From positions 17,670,001-17,734,000 of the forward strand of contig OZ024760.1 in assembly GCA_964016885.1 (NCBI GenBank): a stretch of DNA of 64,000 nucleotides. The letters are read 5' to 3'. Position 1 is the stretch's first letter, and every line of letters begins with the position of its first letter. Source of the stretch: Eledone cirrhosa (Eukaryota). Shown piece by piece: positions 25,731 to 38,285 of the stretch. The position numbers and the translations under genes were made by a program. The notes beneath the pieces were generated by a model. It saw nothing but the letters and a program-made list of their open reading frames with translations. It ran no database searches and was not told the origin of the DNA.

Positions 25731-28700
25731 AATTTGTAAAAAAAAATCAAGGGGAGATAATTTGTAAAAAAAAAATCAGGGGGAGATAATTTGTAAAAAA
25801 AAATCAAGGGGAGATAATTTGCAGCCGTCCAAGGGGAGATAATTTTCAGCCGTCCAAGGAGAGGTAATTTCTAGCCGTCCAAGGGGAGATAATTTCCAGC
25901 CGTCCAAGGGGAGATAATTTTCAGCCGTCCAAGGGGAGATAATTTTAAAAAAAAAATCAGGCAGAGATAATTTGTAAAAAAAAATCAGGGGGAGATAATT
26001 TGTAAAAAAAATCAGGGGGAGATAATTTGTAAAAAAAAATCAGGGGGAGATAATTTGCAAAAAAAATCAAGGGGAGATAATTTCCAGCCGTCCAAGGGGA
26101 GGTAATATCTAGCCGTCCAAGGGGAGATAATTTCCAGCCGTCCAAGGGGAGATAATTTCAAGCCGTCCAAGGGGAGATAATTTCTAGCCGTCCAAGGAGA
26201 CATATTTTCCAGCCGTCCAAGGAGAGGTAATTTCTAGCCGTCCAAGGGGAGATAAATTCCAGCCTCCAAGGGGAGATAATTTCCAGCCGTCCAAGGGGAG
26301 ATAATTTTTTTAAAAATCAGGTGGAGATAATTTGTAAAAAAAATCAGTGGAAGATAATTTGTAAAAACAAAATCAAGGGCAGATAATTTCCAGCCGTCCA
26401 AGGGGAGATAATTTCCCGCCAGCCAAGGGAAGATAATATTTAAAAAAATCAGGCGGAGATAATTTGTAAAAAAAATCAGGGGGAGATAATTTGTAAAAAA
26501 AATCAGGGGGAGATAATTTGTAAAAAAAAATCAGGGGTAGATAATTTGTAAAAAAAAATCAGGGGGAGATAATTTTTTAAAAAAATCAGGGGAAGATAAT
26601 TTGTAAAAAAAAATCAGGGGGAGATAATTTGCAAAAAAAATCAAGGGGAGATAATTTCCAGCCGTCCAAGGGGAGGTAATATCTAGCCGTCCAAGGGGAG
26701 ATAATTTCCAGCCGTCCAAGGGGAGATAATTTCCAGCCGTCCAAGGGGAGATAATTTCCAGCCGTCCAAGGAGACATATTTTCCAGCCGTCCAAGGAGAG
26801 GTAATTTCTAGCCGTCCAAGGGGAGATAAATTCCAGCCTCCAAGGGGAGATAATTTCCAGCCGTCCAAGGGGAGATAATTCTTTTAAAAATCAGGTGGAG
26901 ATAATTTGTAAAAAAAATCAGTGGAAGATAATTTGTAAAAACAAAATCAAGGGCAGATAATTTCCAGCCGTCCAAGGGGAGATAATTTCCCGCCAGCCAA
27001 GGGAAGATAATATTTAAAAAAATCAGGCGGAGATAATTTGTAAAAAAAATCAGGGGGAGATAATTTGTAAAAAAAATCAGGGGGAGATAATTTGTAAAAA
27101 AAAATCAGGGGTAGATAATTTGTAAAAAAAAATCAGGGGGAGATAATTTGTAAAAAAAAATCAGGGGAGATAATTTGTAAAAAAATCAAGGGGAGATAAT
27201 TTCCAGCCGTCCAAGGAGAGATAATTTAAAAAAAAAATCAGGCGTAGATAATTTGTAAAAAAAATCAAGGGGAGATAATTTCCAGCCGTCCAAGGGAAGA
27301 TAATTTCCAGCCCTCCAAGGGGCTATAATTTCCAGTGTCCAAGGGGAGATATTTCCAGCCAGCGAAGGGGAGATAATTATTTTTAAAAAATCAGGGGGAG
27401 ATTTGTAAAAAAAATCAGAGGGAGATAATTCGTAAAAAAAATCAAAGGGAGATAATTTCCAGCCGTCCAAAGAGAGATAATTTCTACTCGTCCAAGGGGA
27501 GATAATTTCCAGCCAAGGGGAGATAATTTCCAGCCGTGCAAGGGGAGATAATTTCCAGCCGTCCAAGGGGAGATAATTTCCATCCTTCCAAGGAGAGATA
27601 ATTTCCAGCCGTCCAAGGGGAGATAATTTCCAGCCGTCCAAGGGGAGATAATTTTTTTTAAAAAATCAGGCGGAGATAAGTTTTAAAAAAAATCAGGGGG
27701 AGATAATTTGTAAAAAAAAATCAGGGGGAGATAATTTGTAAAAAAAAATCAGGGGGAGATAATTTGTAAAAAAAATCAAGGGGAGATAATTTCCAGCCGT
27801 CCAAGGGAAGATAATTTCCAGCCCTCCAAGGGGCTATAATTTCCAGCGTCCAAGGGGAGATAATTTCCAGCCTGCGAAGGGGAGATAATTTTTAAAAAAA
27901 AATCACTGGGAGATTTGTAAAAAAAATCAGGGGGAGATAATTTGTAAAAAAAATCAAGGGGAGATAATTTCCAGCCGTCCAAGGGGAGATAATTTCCAGC
28001 CGTCCAAGGGGAGATAATATTTAAAAAAATCAGGTGGAGATAATTTGTTAAAAAAATCAGTGGAAGATAATTTGTAAAAACAAAATCAAGGGCAGATAAT
28101 TTCCAGCCGTCCAAGGGGAGATAATTTCCCGCCAGCCAAGGGAAGATAATATTTAAAAAAATCAGGCGGAGATAATTTGTAAAAAAAATCAGGGGGAGAT
28201 AATTTGTAAAAAAATCAGGGGGAGATAATTTGTAAAAAAAATCAGGGGTAGATAATTTGTAAAAAAAAATCAGGGGGAGATAATTTGTAAAAAAAAATCA
28301 GAGGGAGATAATTTGTAAAAAAAATCAAGGGGAGATAATTTCCAGCCGTCCAAGGAGAGATAATTTTTAAAAAAATCAGGCGGAGATAATTTGTAAAAAA
28401 AATCAAGGGGAGATAATTTCCAGCCGTCCAAGGGAAGATAATTTCCAGCCCTCCAAGGGGCTATAATTTCCAGTGTCCAAGGGGAGATATTTCCAGCCAG
28501 CGAAGGGGAGATAATTTTTTTTAAAAAATCAGGGGGTGATTTGTAAAAAAAATCAGAGGGAGATAATTTGTAAAAAAAATCAAAGGGAGATAATTTCCAG
28601 CCGTCCAAAGAGAGATAATTTCTAGCCGTCCAAGGGGAGATAATTTCCAGCCAAGGGGAGATAATTTCCAGCCGTGCAAGGGGAGATAATTTCCAGCCGT

Positions 28701-30922
28701 CCAAGGGGAGATAATTTCCATCCTTCCAAGTTCCAAGGGGAGATAATTTCCAGCCGTCCAAGGGGAGATAATTTCCCGCCAGCCAAGGGAAGATAATTTT
28801 TAAAAAAATCAGGCGGAGATTGTAAAAAAAATCAGGGGGAGATAATTTGTAAAAAAATCAGGGGGAGATAATTTGTAAAAAAAAATCAGGGGGAGATAAT
28901 TTGTAAAAACAAAATCAAGGGCAGATAATTTCCAGCCGTCCAAGGGGAGATAATTTCCCGCCAGCCAAGGGAAGATCATTTAAAAAAAAATCAGGCGGAG
29001 ATAATTTGTAGAAAAATCAGGGGGAGATAATTTGTAAAAAAAATCAGGGGGAGATAATTTCCAGCCGTCCAAGGGGAGATAATTTCCATCCTTCCAAGGG
29101 GAGATAATTTCCAGCCGTCCAAGGGGAGATAATTTCCCGCCAGCCAAGGGAAGCTAATTTTAAAAAAAATCAGGCGGAGATAATTTGTAAAAAAATCAGG
29201 GGGAGATAATTTGTAAAAAAATCAGGGGGAGATAATTTGTAAAAAATCAGGGAGATAATTTGTAAAAAAAAATTAGGGTAAGATAATTTGTAAAAAAAAT
29301 CAGGGGGCGATAATTTGTAAAAAAAAATCAGGGGGAGATAATTTGTAAAAAAAAATCAGGGGGAGATAATTTGTAAAAAAAAATCAGTGGGAGATAATTT
29401 GTAAAAAAACATCAGGGGGAGATAATTTGTAAAAAAAATCAAGGGGAGATAATTTCCAGCCGTCCAAGGGGAGATAATTTTCAGCCGTCCAAGGAGAGGT
29501 AATTTCCAGCCGTACAAGGAGAGATAATTTCCAGCCGTCCAAGGCGAGATAATTTCCAGCCGTCCAAGGGGAGATAATTTAAAAAAAAAATCAGGCGGAG
29601 ATAATTTGTAAAAAAAAATCAGGGGGAGATAATTTGTAAAAAAAATCAAGGGGAGATAATTTCCAGCCGTCCAAGGGGAGATAATTTCCAGCCAGCGAAG
29701 GGGAGATAATTTTTTTAAAAAAATCACTGGGAGATTTGTAAAAAAAATCAGGGTGAGATAATTTGTAAAAAAAATCAAGGGGAGATAATTTCCAGCCGTC
29801 CAAAGAGAGATAATTTCTAGCCGTCCAAGGGGAGATCATTTCCAGCCAAGGGGAGATAATTTCCAGCTGTCCAAGGAGGGATAATTTCCAGCAGTGCAAG
29901 GGGAGATAATTTCCAGCCGTCCAAGGGGAGATAATTTCCATCCTTCCAAGGGGAGATAATTTCCAGCCGTCCAAGGGGAGATAATTTCCCGCCAGCCAAG
30001 GGGAGATAATATTTAAAAAAATCAGGCGGAGATAATTTGTAAAAAAAAATCAGGGGGAGATAATTTGTAAAAAAAAATTAGGGGTAGATAATTTGTAAAA
30101 AAAAAAATCAGGGGGAGATAATTTGTAAAAAAATCAAGGGGAGATAATTTCCAGCCGTCCAAGGGGAGATAATTTTCAGCCGTCCAAGGAGAGGTAATTT
30201 CTAGCCGTCCAAGGGGAGATAATTTCCAGCCGTCCAAGGGGAGATAATTTCCATCCTTCCAAGGGGAGATAATTTCCAGCCGTCCAAGGGGAGATAATTT
30301 GTAAAAAAAAAATCAGGGGGAGATAATTTGTAAAAAAAAATCAGGGGGAGATTTGTAAAAAAATCAGAGGGAGATAATTTGTAAAAAAATCAAAGGGAGA
30401 TAATTTCCAGCCAAGGAGAGATAATTTCCAGCCATCCAAGGGGAGATAATTTTTAAAAAAATCAGGTGGAGATAATTTGTAAAAAAATCAAGGGGAGATA
30501 ATTTCCAGCCGTCCAAGGGGAGATAATTTTCAGCCGTCCAAGGAGAGGTAATTTCTAGTCGTCCAAGGGGAGATAATTTCCAGCCGTCCAAGGAGAGATA
30601 AATTCCAGCCGTCCAAGAGAAGATAATTACCAGCCCTCCAAGGGGCTATAATTTCCAGCGTCCAAGGGGAGATAATTTCCAGCCAGCGAAGGGGAGATAA
30701 TTTAAAAAAAAAAATCACTGGGAGATTTGTAAAAAAAATCAGGGGGAGATAATTTGTAAAAAAAATCAAGGGGAGATAATTTCCAGCCGTCCAAACAGAG
30801 ATAATTTCTAGCCGTCCAAGGGGAGATAATTTCCAGCCGTCCAATGGGAGATAATTTCCAGCCGTGCAAGGGGAGATAATTTCCAGCCGTCCAAGGGAGA
30901 TAATTTCCATCCTTCCAAGGGG

Positions 30923-33900
30923 AGATAATTTCCAGCCGTCCAAGGGGAGATAATTTCCCGCCAGCCAAGGGAAGATAATTTTTAAAAAAATCAGGCGGAG
31001 ATAATTTGTAAAAAACATCAGGGGGAGATAATTTCCAGCCGTCCAAGGGGAGATAATTTTCAGCCGTCCAAGGAGAGGTAATTTCTAGCCGTCCAAGGGG
31101 AGATAATTTCCAGCCGTGCAAGGGGAGATAATTTCCAGCCATCCAAGGGGAGATAATTTCCATCCTTCCAAGGGGAGATAATTTCCAGCCGTCCAAGGGG
31201 AGATAATTTCCTGCCAGCCAAGGGAAGATAATTTTTTAAAAAATCAGGCGGAGATAATTTGTAAAAAAAATCAGGGGGAGATAATTTGTAAAAAATCATG
31301 GGGAGATAATTTGTAAAAAAAAAATCAGGGGGAGATAATTTGTAAAAAATCAGGGGGAGATAATTTGTAAAAAAAATCAAGGGGAGATAATTTCCAGCCG
31401 TCCAAGGGGAGATAATTTTCAGCCGTCCAAGGAGAGGTAATTTCTAGCCGTCCAAGGAGAGATAATTTCCAGCCGTCCAAGGCGAGATAATTTCCAGCCG
31501 TCCAAGGGGAGATAATTTAAAAAAAAAAATCAGGCGGAGATAATTTGTAAAAAAAAAATCAGGGGGAGATAATTTGTAAAAAAAAATCAGGGGGAGATAA
31601 TTTGTAAAAAAAATCAAGGGGAGATAATTTCCAGCCGTCCAAGGGGAGATAATTTCCAGCCAGCGAAGGGGAGATAATTTTTTTTAAAAAATCACTGGGA
31701 GATTTGTAAAAAAAATCAGGGGGAGATAATTTGTAAAAAAAATCAAGGGGAGATAATTTCCAGCCGTCCAAAGAGAGATAATTTCTAGCCGTCCAAGGGG
31801 AGATAATTTCCAGCCAAGGGGAGATAATTTCCAGCCGTCCAAGGGGAGATAATTTTTAAAAAAATCAGGTGGAAATAATTTGTAAAAAAAAAATCAGGGG
31901 GAGATAATTTCCAGCCGTCCAAGGGGAGATAATTTTCAGCAGTGCAAGGGGAGATAATTTCCAGCCATCCAAGGGGAGATAATTTCCATCCTTCCAAGGG
32001 GAGATAATTTCCAGCCGTCCAAGGGGAGATAATTTCCCGCCAGCCAAGGAGAGATAATATTTAAAAAAATCAGGCGCAGATAATTTGTAAAAAAAATCAG
32101 GGGGAGATAATTTGTAAAAAAACCAGGTGGAGATAATTTGTAAAAAAAAAATCAGGCGCAGATAATTTGTAAAAAAAATCAGGGGGAGATAATTTGTAAA
32201 AAAATCAGGGGGAGATAATTTGTAAAAAAAAAATCAGGGGGAGATAATTTGTAAAAAAATCAAGGGGAGATAATTTCCAGCCGTTCAAGGGGAGATCATT
32301 TTCAGCCGTCCAAGGAGAGGTAATTTCTAGCCGTCCATGGGGAGATAATTTCCAGCCGTCCAAGGGGAGATAATTTCCAGCCGTCCAAGCGGAGATAATT
32401 TGTAAAAAAAAAATCAGGGGGAGATAATTTGTAAAAAAAAATCAGGGGGAGATTTGTAAAAAAATCAGAGGGAGATAATTTGTAAAAAAAATCAAAGGGA
32501 GATAATTTCCAGCTGTCCAAAGAGAGATAGTTTCTAACCGTCCAAGGGGAGATAATTTCCAGACAAGGAGAGATAATTTCCAGCCGTCCAAAGGGAGATA
32601 ATTTTTTAAAAAATCAGGTGGAGATAATTTGTAAAAAAAAATCAGGGGGAGATATTTTGTAAAAACAAAATCAAGGGCAGATAATTTCCAGCTGTCCAAG
32701 GGGAGATTATTTCCAGCCGTCCAAGGGGAGATAATTTCCAGCCGTCCAAGGGGAGATAATTTCCATCCTTCCAAGGGGATATAATTTCCAGCCGTCCAAG
32801 GGGAGATAATTTCCCGCGAGCCAAGGGAAGATAATTTTTAAAAAAATCAGGCGGAGATTGTAAAAAAAATCAGGGGGGAGATAATTTGTAAAAAAATCAG
32901 GGGGAGATAATTTGTAAAAAAAAATCAGGGGGAGATAATTTGTAAAAAAAAATCAGGGGGAGATAATTTGTAAAAAAAAATCAGGGGGAGATAATTTGTA
33001 AAAAAAATTAGGGGTAGATAATTTGTAAAAAAAAATCAGGGGGAGATAATTTGTAAAAAAAAATCAGGGGGAGATAATTTGTTAAAAAAATCAAGGGGAG
33101 ATAATTTGCAGCCGTCCAAGGGGAGATAATTTTCAGCCGTCCAAGAAGAGGTAATTTCTAGCCGTCCAAGGGGAGATAATTTCCAGCCGTCCAAGGGGAG
33201 ATAATTTTCAGCCGTCCAAGGGAAGATAATTTTTAAAAAAAAATCAGGCGGAGATAATTTGTAAAAAAAAATCAGGGGGAGATAATTTGTAAAAAAAAAT
33301 CAGGGGGAGATAATTTGTAAAAAAAAATCAGGGGGAGATAATTTGTTAAAAAAAATCAAGGGGAGATAATTTGCAGCCGTCCAAGGGGAGATAATTTTCA
33401 GCCGTCCAAGGAGAGGTAATTTCTAGCCGTCCAAGGGGAGATAATTTCCAGCCGTCCAAGGGGAGATAATTTTCAGCCGTCCAAGGGGAGATAATTTTAA
33501 AAAAAAAATCAGGCGGAGATAATTTGTAAAAAAAAATCAGGGGGAGATAATTTGTAAAAAAAATCAGGGGGAGATAATTTGTAAAAAAAAATCAGGGGGA
33601 GATAATTTGTAAAAAAAATCAAGGGGAGATAATTTCCAGCCGTCCAAGGGGAGGTAATATCTAGCCGTCCAAGGGGAGATAATTTCCAGCCGTCCAAGGG
33701 GAGATAATTTCCAGCCGTCCAAGGGGAGATAATTTCCAGCCGTCCAAGGGGAGATAATTTCCCGCCAGCCAAGGGAAGATAATATTTAAAAAAATCAGGC
33801 GGAGATAATTTGTAAAAAAAAATCAGGGGGAGATAATTTGTAAAAAAATCAGGGGGAGATAATTTGTAAAAGAAAAATCAGGGGGAGATAATTTGTAAAA

Positions 33901-36900
33901 AAAATCAGGGGTAGATAATTTGTAAAAAAAAATCAGGGGGAGATAATTTGTAAAAAAAAATCAGGGGGAGATAATTTGTAAAAAAATCAAGGGGAGATAA
34001 TTTCCAGCCGTCCAAGGAGAGATAATTTAAAAAAAAAATCAGGCGGAGATAATTTGTAAAAAAAATCAAGGGGAGATAATTTCCAGCCGTCCAAGGGAAG
34101 ATAATTTCCAGCCCTCCAAGGGGCTATAATTTCCAGTGTCCAAGGGGAGATATTTCCAGCCAGCGAAGGGTAGATAATTATTTTTAAAAAATCAGGGGGA
34201 GATTTGTAAAAAAAATCAGAGGGAGATAATTTGTAAAAAAATTCAAAGGGAGATAATTTCCAGCCGTCCAAAGAGAGATAATTTCTAGCCGTCCAAGGGG
34301 AGATAATTTCCAGCCAAGGGGAGATAATTTCCAGCCGTGCAAGGGGAGATAATTTCCAGCCGTCCAAGGGGAGATAATTTCCATCCTTCCAAGGGGAGAT
34401 AATTTCCAGCCGTCCAAGGGGAGATAATTTCCCGCCAGCCAAGGAAAGATAATTTTTAAAAAAATCAGGCGGAGATTGTAAAAAAAATCAGGGGGAGATT
34501 ATTTGTAAAAAAATCAGGGGGAGATAATTTGTAAAAAAAAATCAGGGGGAGATAATTTGTAAAACAAAATGAAGGGCAGATAATTTCCAGCCGTCCAAGG
34601 GGAGATAATTTCCCGCCAGCCAAGGGAAGATAATTTTTAAAAAAATCAGGCGGAGATAATTTGTAAAAAACATCAGGGGGAGATAATTTCCAGCCGTCCA
34701 AGGGGAGATAATTTTCAGCCGTCCAAGGAGAGGTAATTTCTAGCCGTCCAAGGGGAGATAATTTCCAGCCGTGCAAGGGGAGATAATTTCCAGCCATCCA
34801 AGGGGAGATAATTTCCATCCTTCCAAGGGGAGATAATTTCCAGCCGTCCAAGGGGAGATAATTTCCTGCCAGCCAAGGGAAGATAATTTTTTAAAAAATC
34901 AGGCGGAGATAATTTGTAAAAAAAATCAGGGGGAGATAATTTGTAAAAAATCATGGGGAGATAATTTGTAAAAAAAAAATCAGGGGGAGATAATTTGTAA
35001 AAAATCAGGGGGAGATAATTTGTAAAAAAAATCAAGGGGAGATAATTTCCAGCCGTCCAAGGGGAGATAATTTTCAGCCGTCCAAGGAGAGGTAATTTCT
35101 AGCCGTCCAAGGAGAGATAATTTCCAGCCGTCCAAGGCGAGATAATTTCCAGCCGTCCAAGGGGAGATAATTTAAAAAAAAAAATCAGGCGGAGATAATT
35201 TGTAAAAAAAAAATCAGGGGGAGATAATTTGTAAAAAAAAATCAGGGGGAGATAATTTGTAAAAAAAATCAAGGGGAGATAATTTCCAGCCGTCCAAGGG
35301 GAGATAATTTCCAGCCAGCGAAGGGGAGATAATTTTTTTTAAAAAATCACTGGGAGATTTGTAAAAAAAATCAGGGGGAGATAATTTGTAAAAAAAATCA
35401 AGGGGAGATAATTTCCAGCCGTCCAAAGAGAGATAATTTCTAGCCGTCCAAGGGGAGATAATTTCCAGCCAAGGGGAGATAATTTCCAGCCGTCCAAGGG
35501 GAGATAATTTTTAAAAAAATCAGGTGGAAATAATTTGTAAAAAAAAAATCAGGGGGAGATAATTTCCAGCCGTCCAAGGGGAGATAATTTTCAGCAGTGC
35601 AAGGGGAGATAATTTCCAGCCATCCAAGGGGAGATAATTTCCATCCTTCCAAGGGGAGATAATTTCCAGCCGTCCAAGGGGAGATAATTTCCCGCCAGCC
35701 AAGGAGAGATAATATTTAAAAAAATCAGGCGCAGATAATTTGTAAAAAAAATCAGGGGGAGATAATTTGTAAAAAAACCAGGTGGAGATAATTTGTAAAA
35801 AAAAAATCAGGCGCAGATAATTTGTAAAAAAAATCAGGGGGAGATAATTTGTAAAAAAATCAGGGGGAGATAATTTGTAAAAAAAAAATCAGGGGGAGAT
35901 AATTTGTAAAAAAATCAAGGGGAGATAATTTCCAGCCGTTCAAGGGGAGATCATTTTCAGCCGTCCAAGGAGAGGTAATTTCTAGCCGTCCATGGGGAGA
36001 TAATTTCCAGCCGTCCAAGGGGAGATAATTTCCAGCCGTCCAAGCGGAGATAATTTGTAAAAAAAAAATCAGGGGGAGATAATTTGTAAAAAAAAATCAG
36101 GGGGAGATTTGTAAAAAAATCAGAGGGAGATAATTTGTAAAAAAAATCAAAGGGAGATAATTTCCAGCTGTCCAAAGAGAGATAGTTTCTAACCGTCCAA
36201 GGGGAGATAATTTCCAGACAAGGAGAGATAATTTCCAGCCGTCCAAAGGGAGATAATTTTTTAAAAAATCAGGTGGAGATAATTTGTAAAAAAAAATCAG
36301 GGGGAGATATTTTGTAAAAACAAAATCAAGGGCAGATAATTTCCAGCTGTCCAAGGGGAGATTATTTCCAGCCGTCCAAGGGGAGATAATTTCCAGCCGT
36401 CCAAGGGGAGATAATTTCCATCCTTCCAAGGGGATATAATTTCCAGCCGTCCAAGGGGAGATAATTTCCCGCGAGCCAAGGGAAGATAATTTTTAAAAAA
36501 ATCAGGCGGAGATTGTAAAAAAAATCAGGGGGGAGATAATTTGTAAAAAAATCAGGGGGAGATAATTTGTAAAAAAAAATCAGGGGGAGATAATTTGTAA
36601 AAAAAAATCAGGGGGAGATAATTTGTAAAAAAAAATCAGGGGGAGATAATTTGTAAAAAAAATTAGGGGTAGATAATTTGTAAAAAAAAATCAGGGGGAG
36701 ATAATTTGTAAAAAAAAATCAGGGGGAGATAATTTGTTAAAAAAATCAAGGGGAGATAATTTGCAGCCGTCCAAGGGGAGATAATTTTCAGCCGTCCAAG
36801 AAGAGGTAATTTCTAGCCGTCCAAGGGGAGATAATTTCCAGCCGTCCAAGGGGAGATAATTTTCAGCCGTCCAAGGGAAGATAATTTTTAAAAAAAAATC

Positions 36901-38285
36901 AGGCGGAGATAATTTGTAAAAAAAAATCAGGGGGAGATAATTTGTAAAAAAAAATCAGGGGGAGATAATTTGTAAAAAAAAATCAGGGGGAGATAATTTG
37001 TTAAAAAAAATCAAGGGGAGATAATTTGCAGCCGTCCAAGGGGAGATAATTTTCAGCCGTCCAAGGAGAGGTAATTTCTAGCCGTCCAAGGGGAGATAAT
37101 TTCCAGCCGTCCAAGGGGAGATAATTTTCAGCCGTCCAAGGGGAGATAATTTTAAAAAAAAAATCAGGCGGAGATAATTTGTAAAAAAAAATCAGGGGGA
37201 GATAATTTGTAAAAAAAATCAGGGGGAGATAATTTGTAAAAAAAAATCAGGGGGAGATAATTTGTAAAAAAAATCAAGGGGAGATAATTTCCAGCCGTCC
37301 AAGGGGAGGTAATATCTAGCCGTCCAAGGGGAGATAATTTCCAGCCGTCCAAGGGGAGATAATTTCCAGCCGTCCAAGGGGAGATAATTTCCAGCCGTCC
37401 AAGGGGAGATAATTTCCCGCCAGCCAAGGGAAGATAATATTTAAAAAAATCAGGCGGAGATAATTTGTAAAAAAAAATCAGGGGGAGATAATTTGTAAAA
37501 AAATCAGGGGGAGATAATTTGTAAAAGAAAAATCAGGGGGAGATAATTTGTAAAAAAAATCAGGGGTAGATAATTTGTAAAAAAAAATCAGGGGGAGATA
37601 ATTTGTAAAAAAAAATCAGGGGGAGATAATTTGTAAAAAAATCAAGGGGAGATAATTTCCAGCCGTCCAAGGAGAGATAATTTAAAAAAAAAATCAGGCG
37701 GAGATAATTTGTAAAAAAAATCAAGGGGAGATAATTTCCAGCCGTCCAAGGGAAGATAATTTCCAGCCCTCCAAGGGGCTATAATTTCCAGTGTCCAAGG
37801 GGAGATATTTCCAGCCAGCGAAGGGTAGATAATTATTTTTAAAAAATCAGGGGGAGATTTGTAAAAAAAATCAGAGGGAGATAATTTGTAAAAAAATTCA
37901 AAGGGAGATAATTTCCAGCCGTCCAAAGAGAGATAATTTCTAGCCGTCCAAGGGGAGATAATTTCCAGCCAAGGGGAGATAATTTCCAGCCGTGCAAGGG
38001 GAGATAATTTCCAGCCGTCCAAGGGGAGATAATTTCCATCCTTCCAAGGGGAGATAATTTCCAGCCGTCCAAGGGGAGATAATTTCCCGCCAGCCAAGGA
38101 AAGATAATTTTTAAAAAAATCAGGCGGAGATTGTAAAAAAAATCAGGGGGAGATTATTTGTAAAAAAATCAGGGGGAGATAATTTGTAAAAAAAAATCAG
38201 GGGGAGATAATTTGTAAAACAAAATGAAGGGCAGATAATTTCCAGCCGTCCAAGGGGAGATAATTTCCCGCCAGCCAAGGGAAGA
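30923..38285. repeat. 3655-bp higher-order tandem duplication within the satellite
   Basis: Identical ORF translations and rare variants (e.g. CCCGCGAGCC, GATAGTTTCTAACC) recur at offset 3655: 31060/34715, 31559/35214, 32302/35957, 33509/37164, 33987/37642. Confidence 0.9.
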
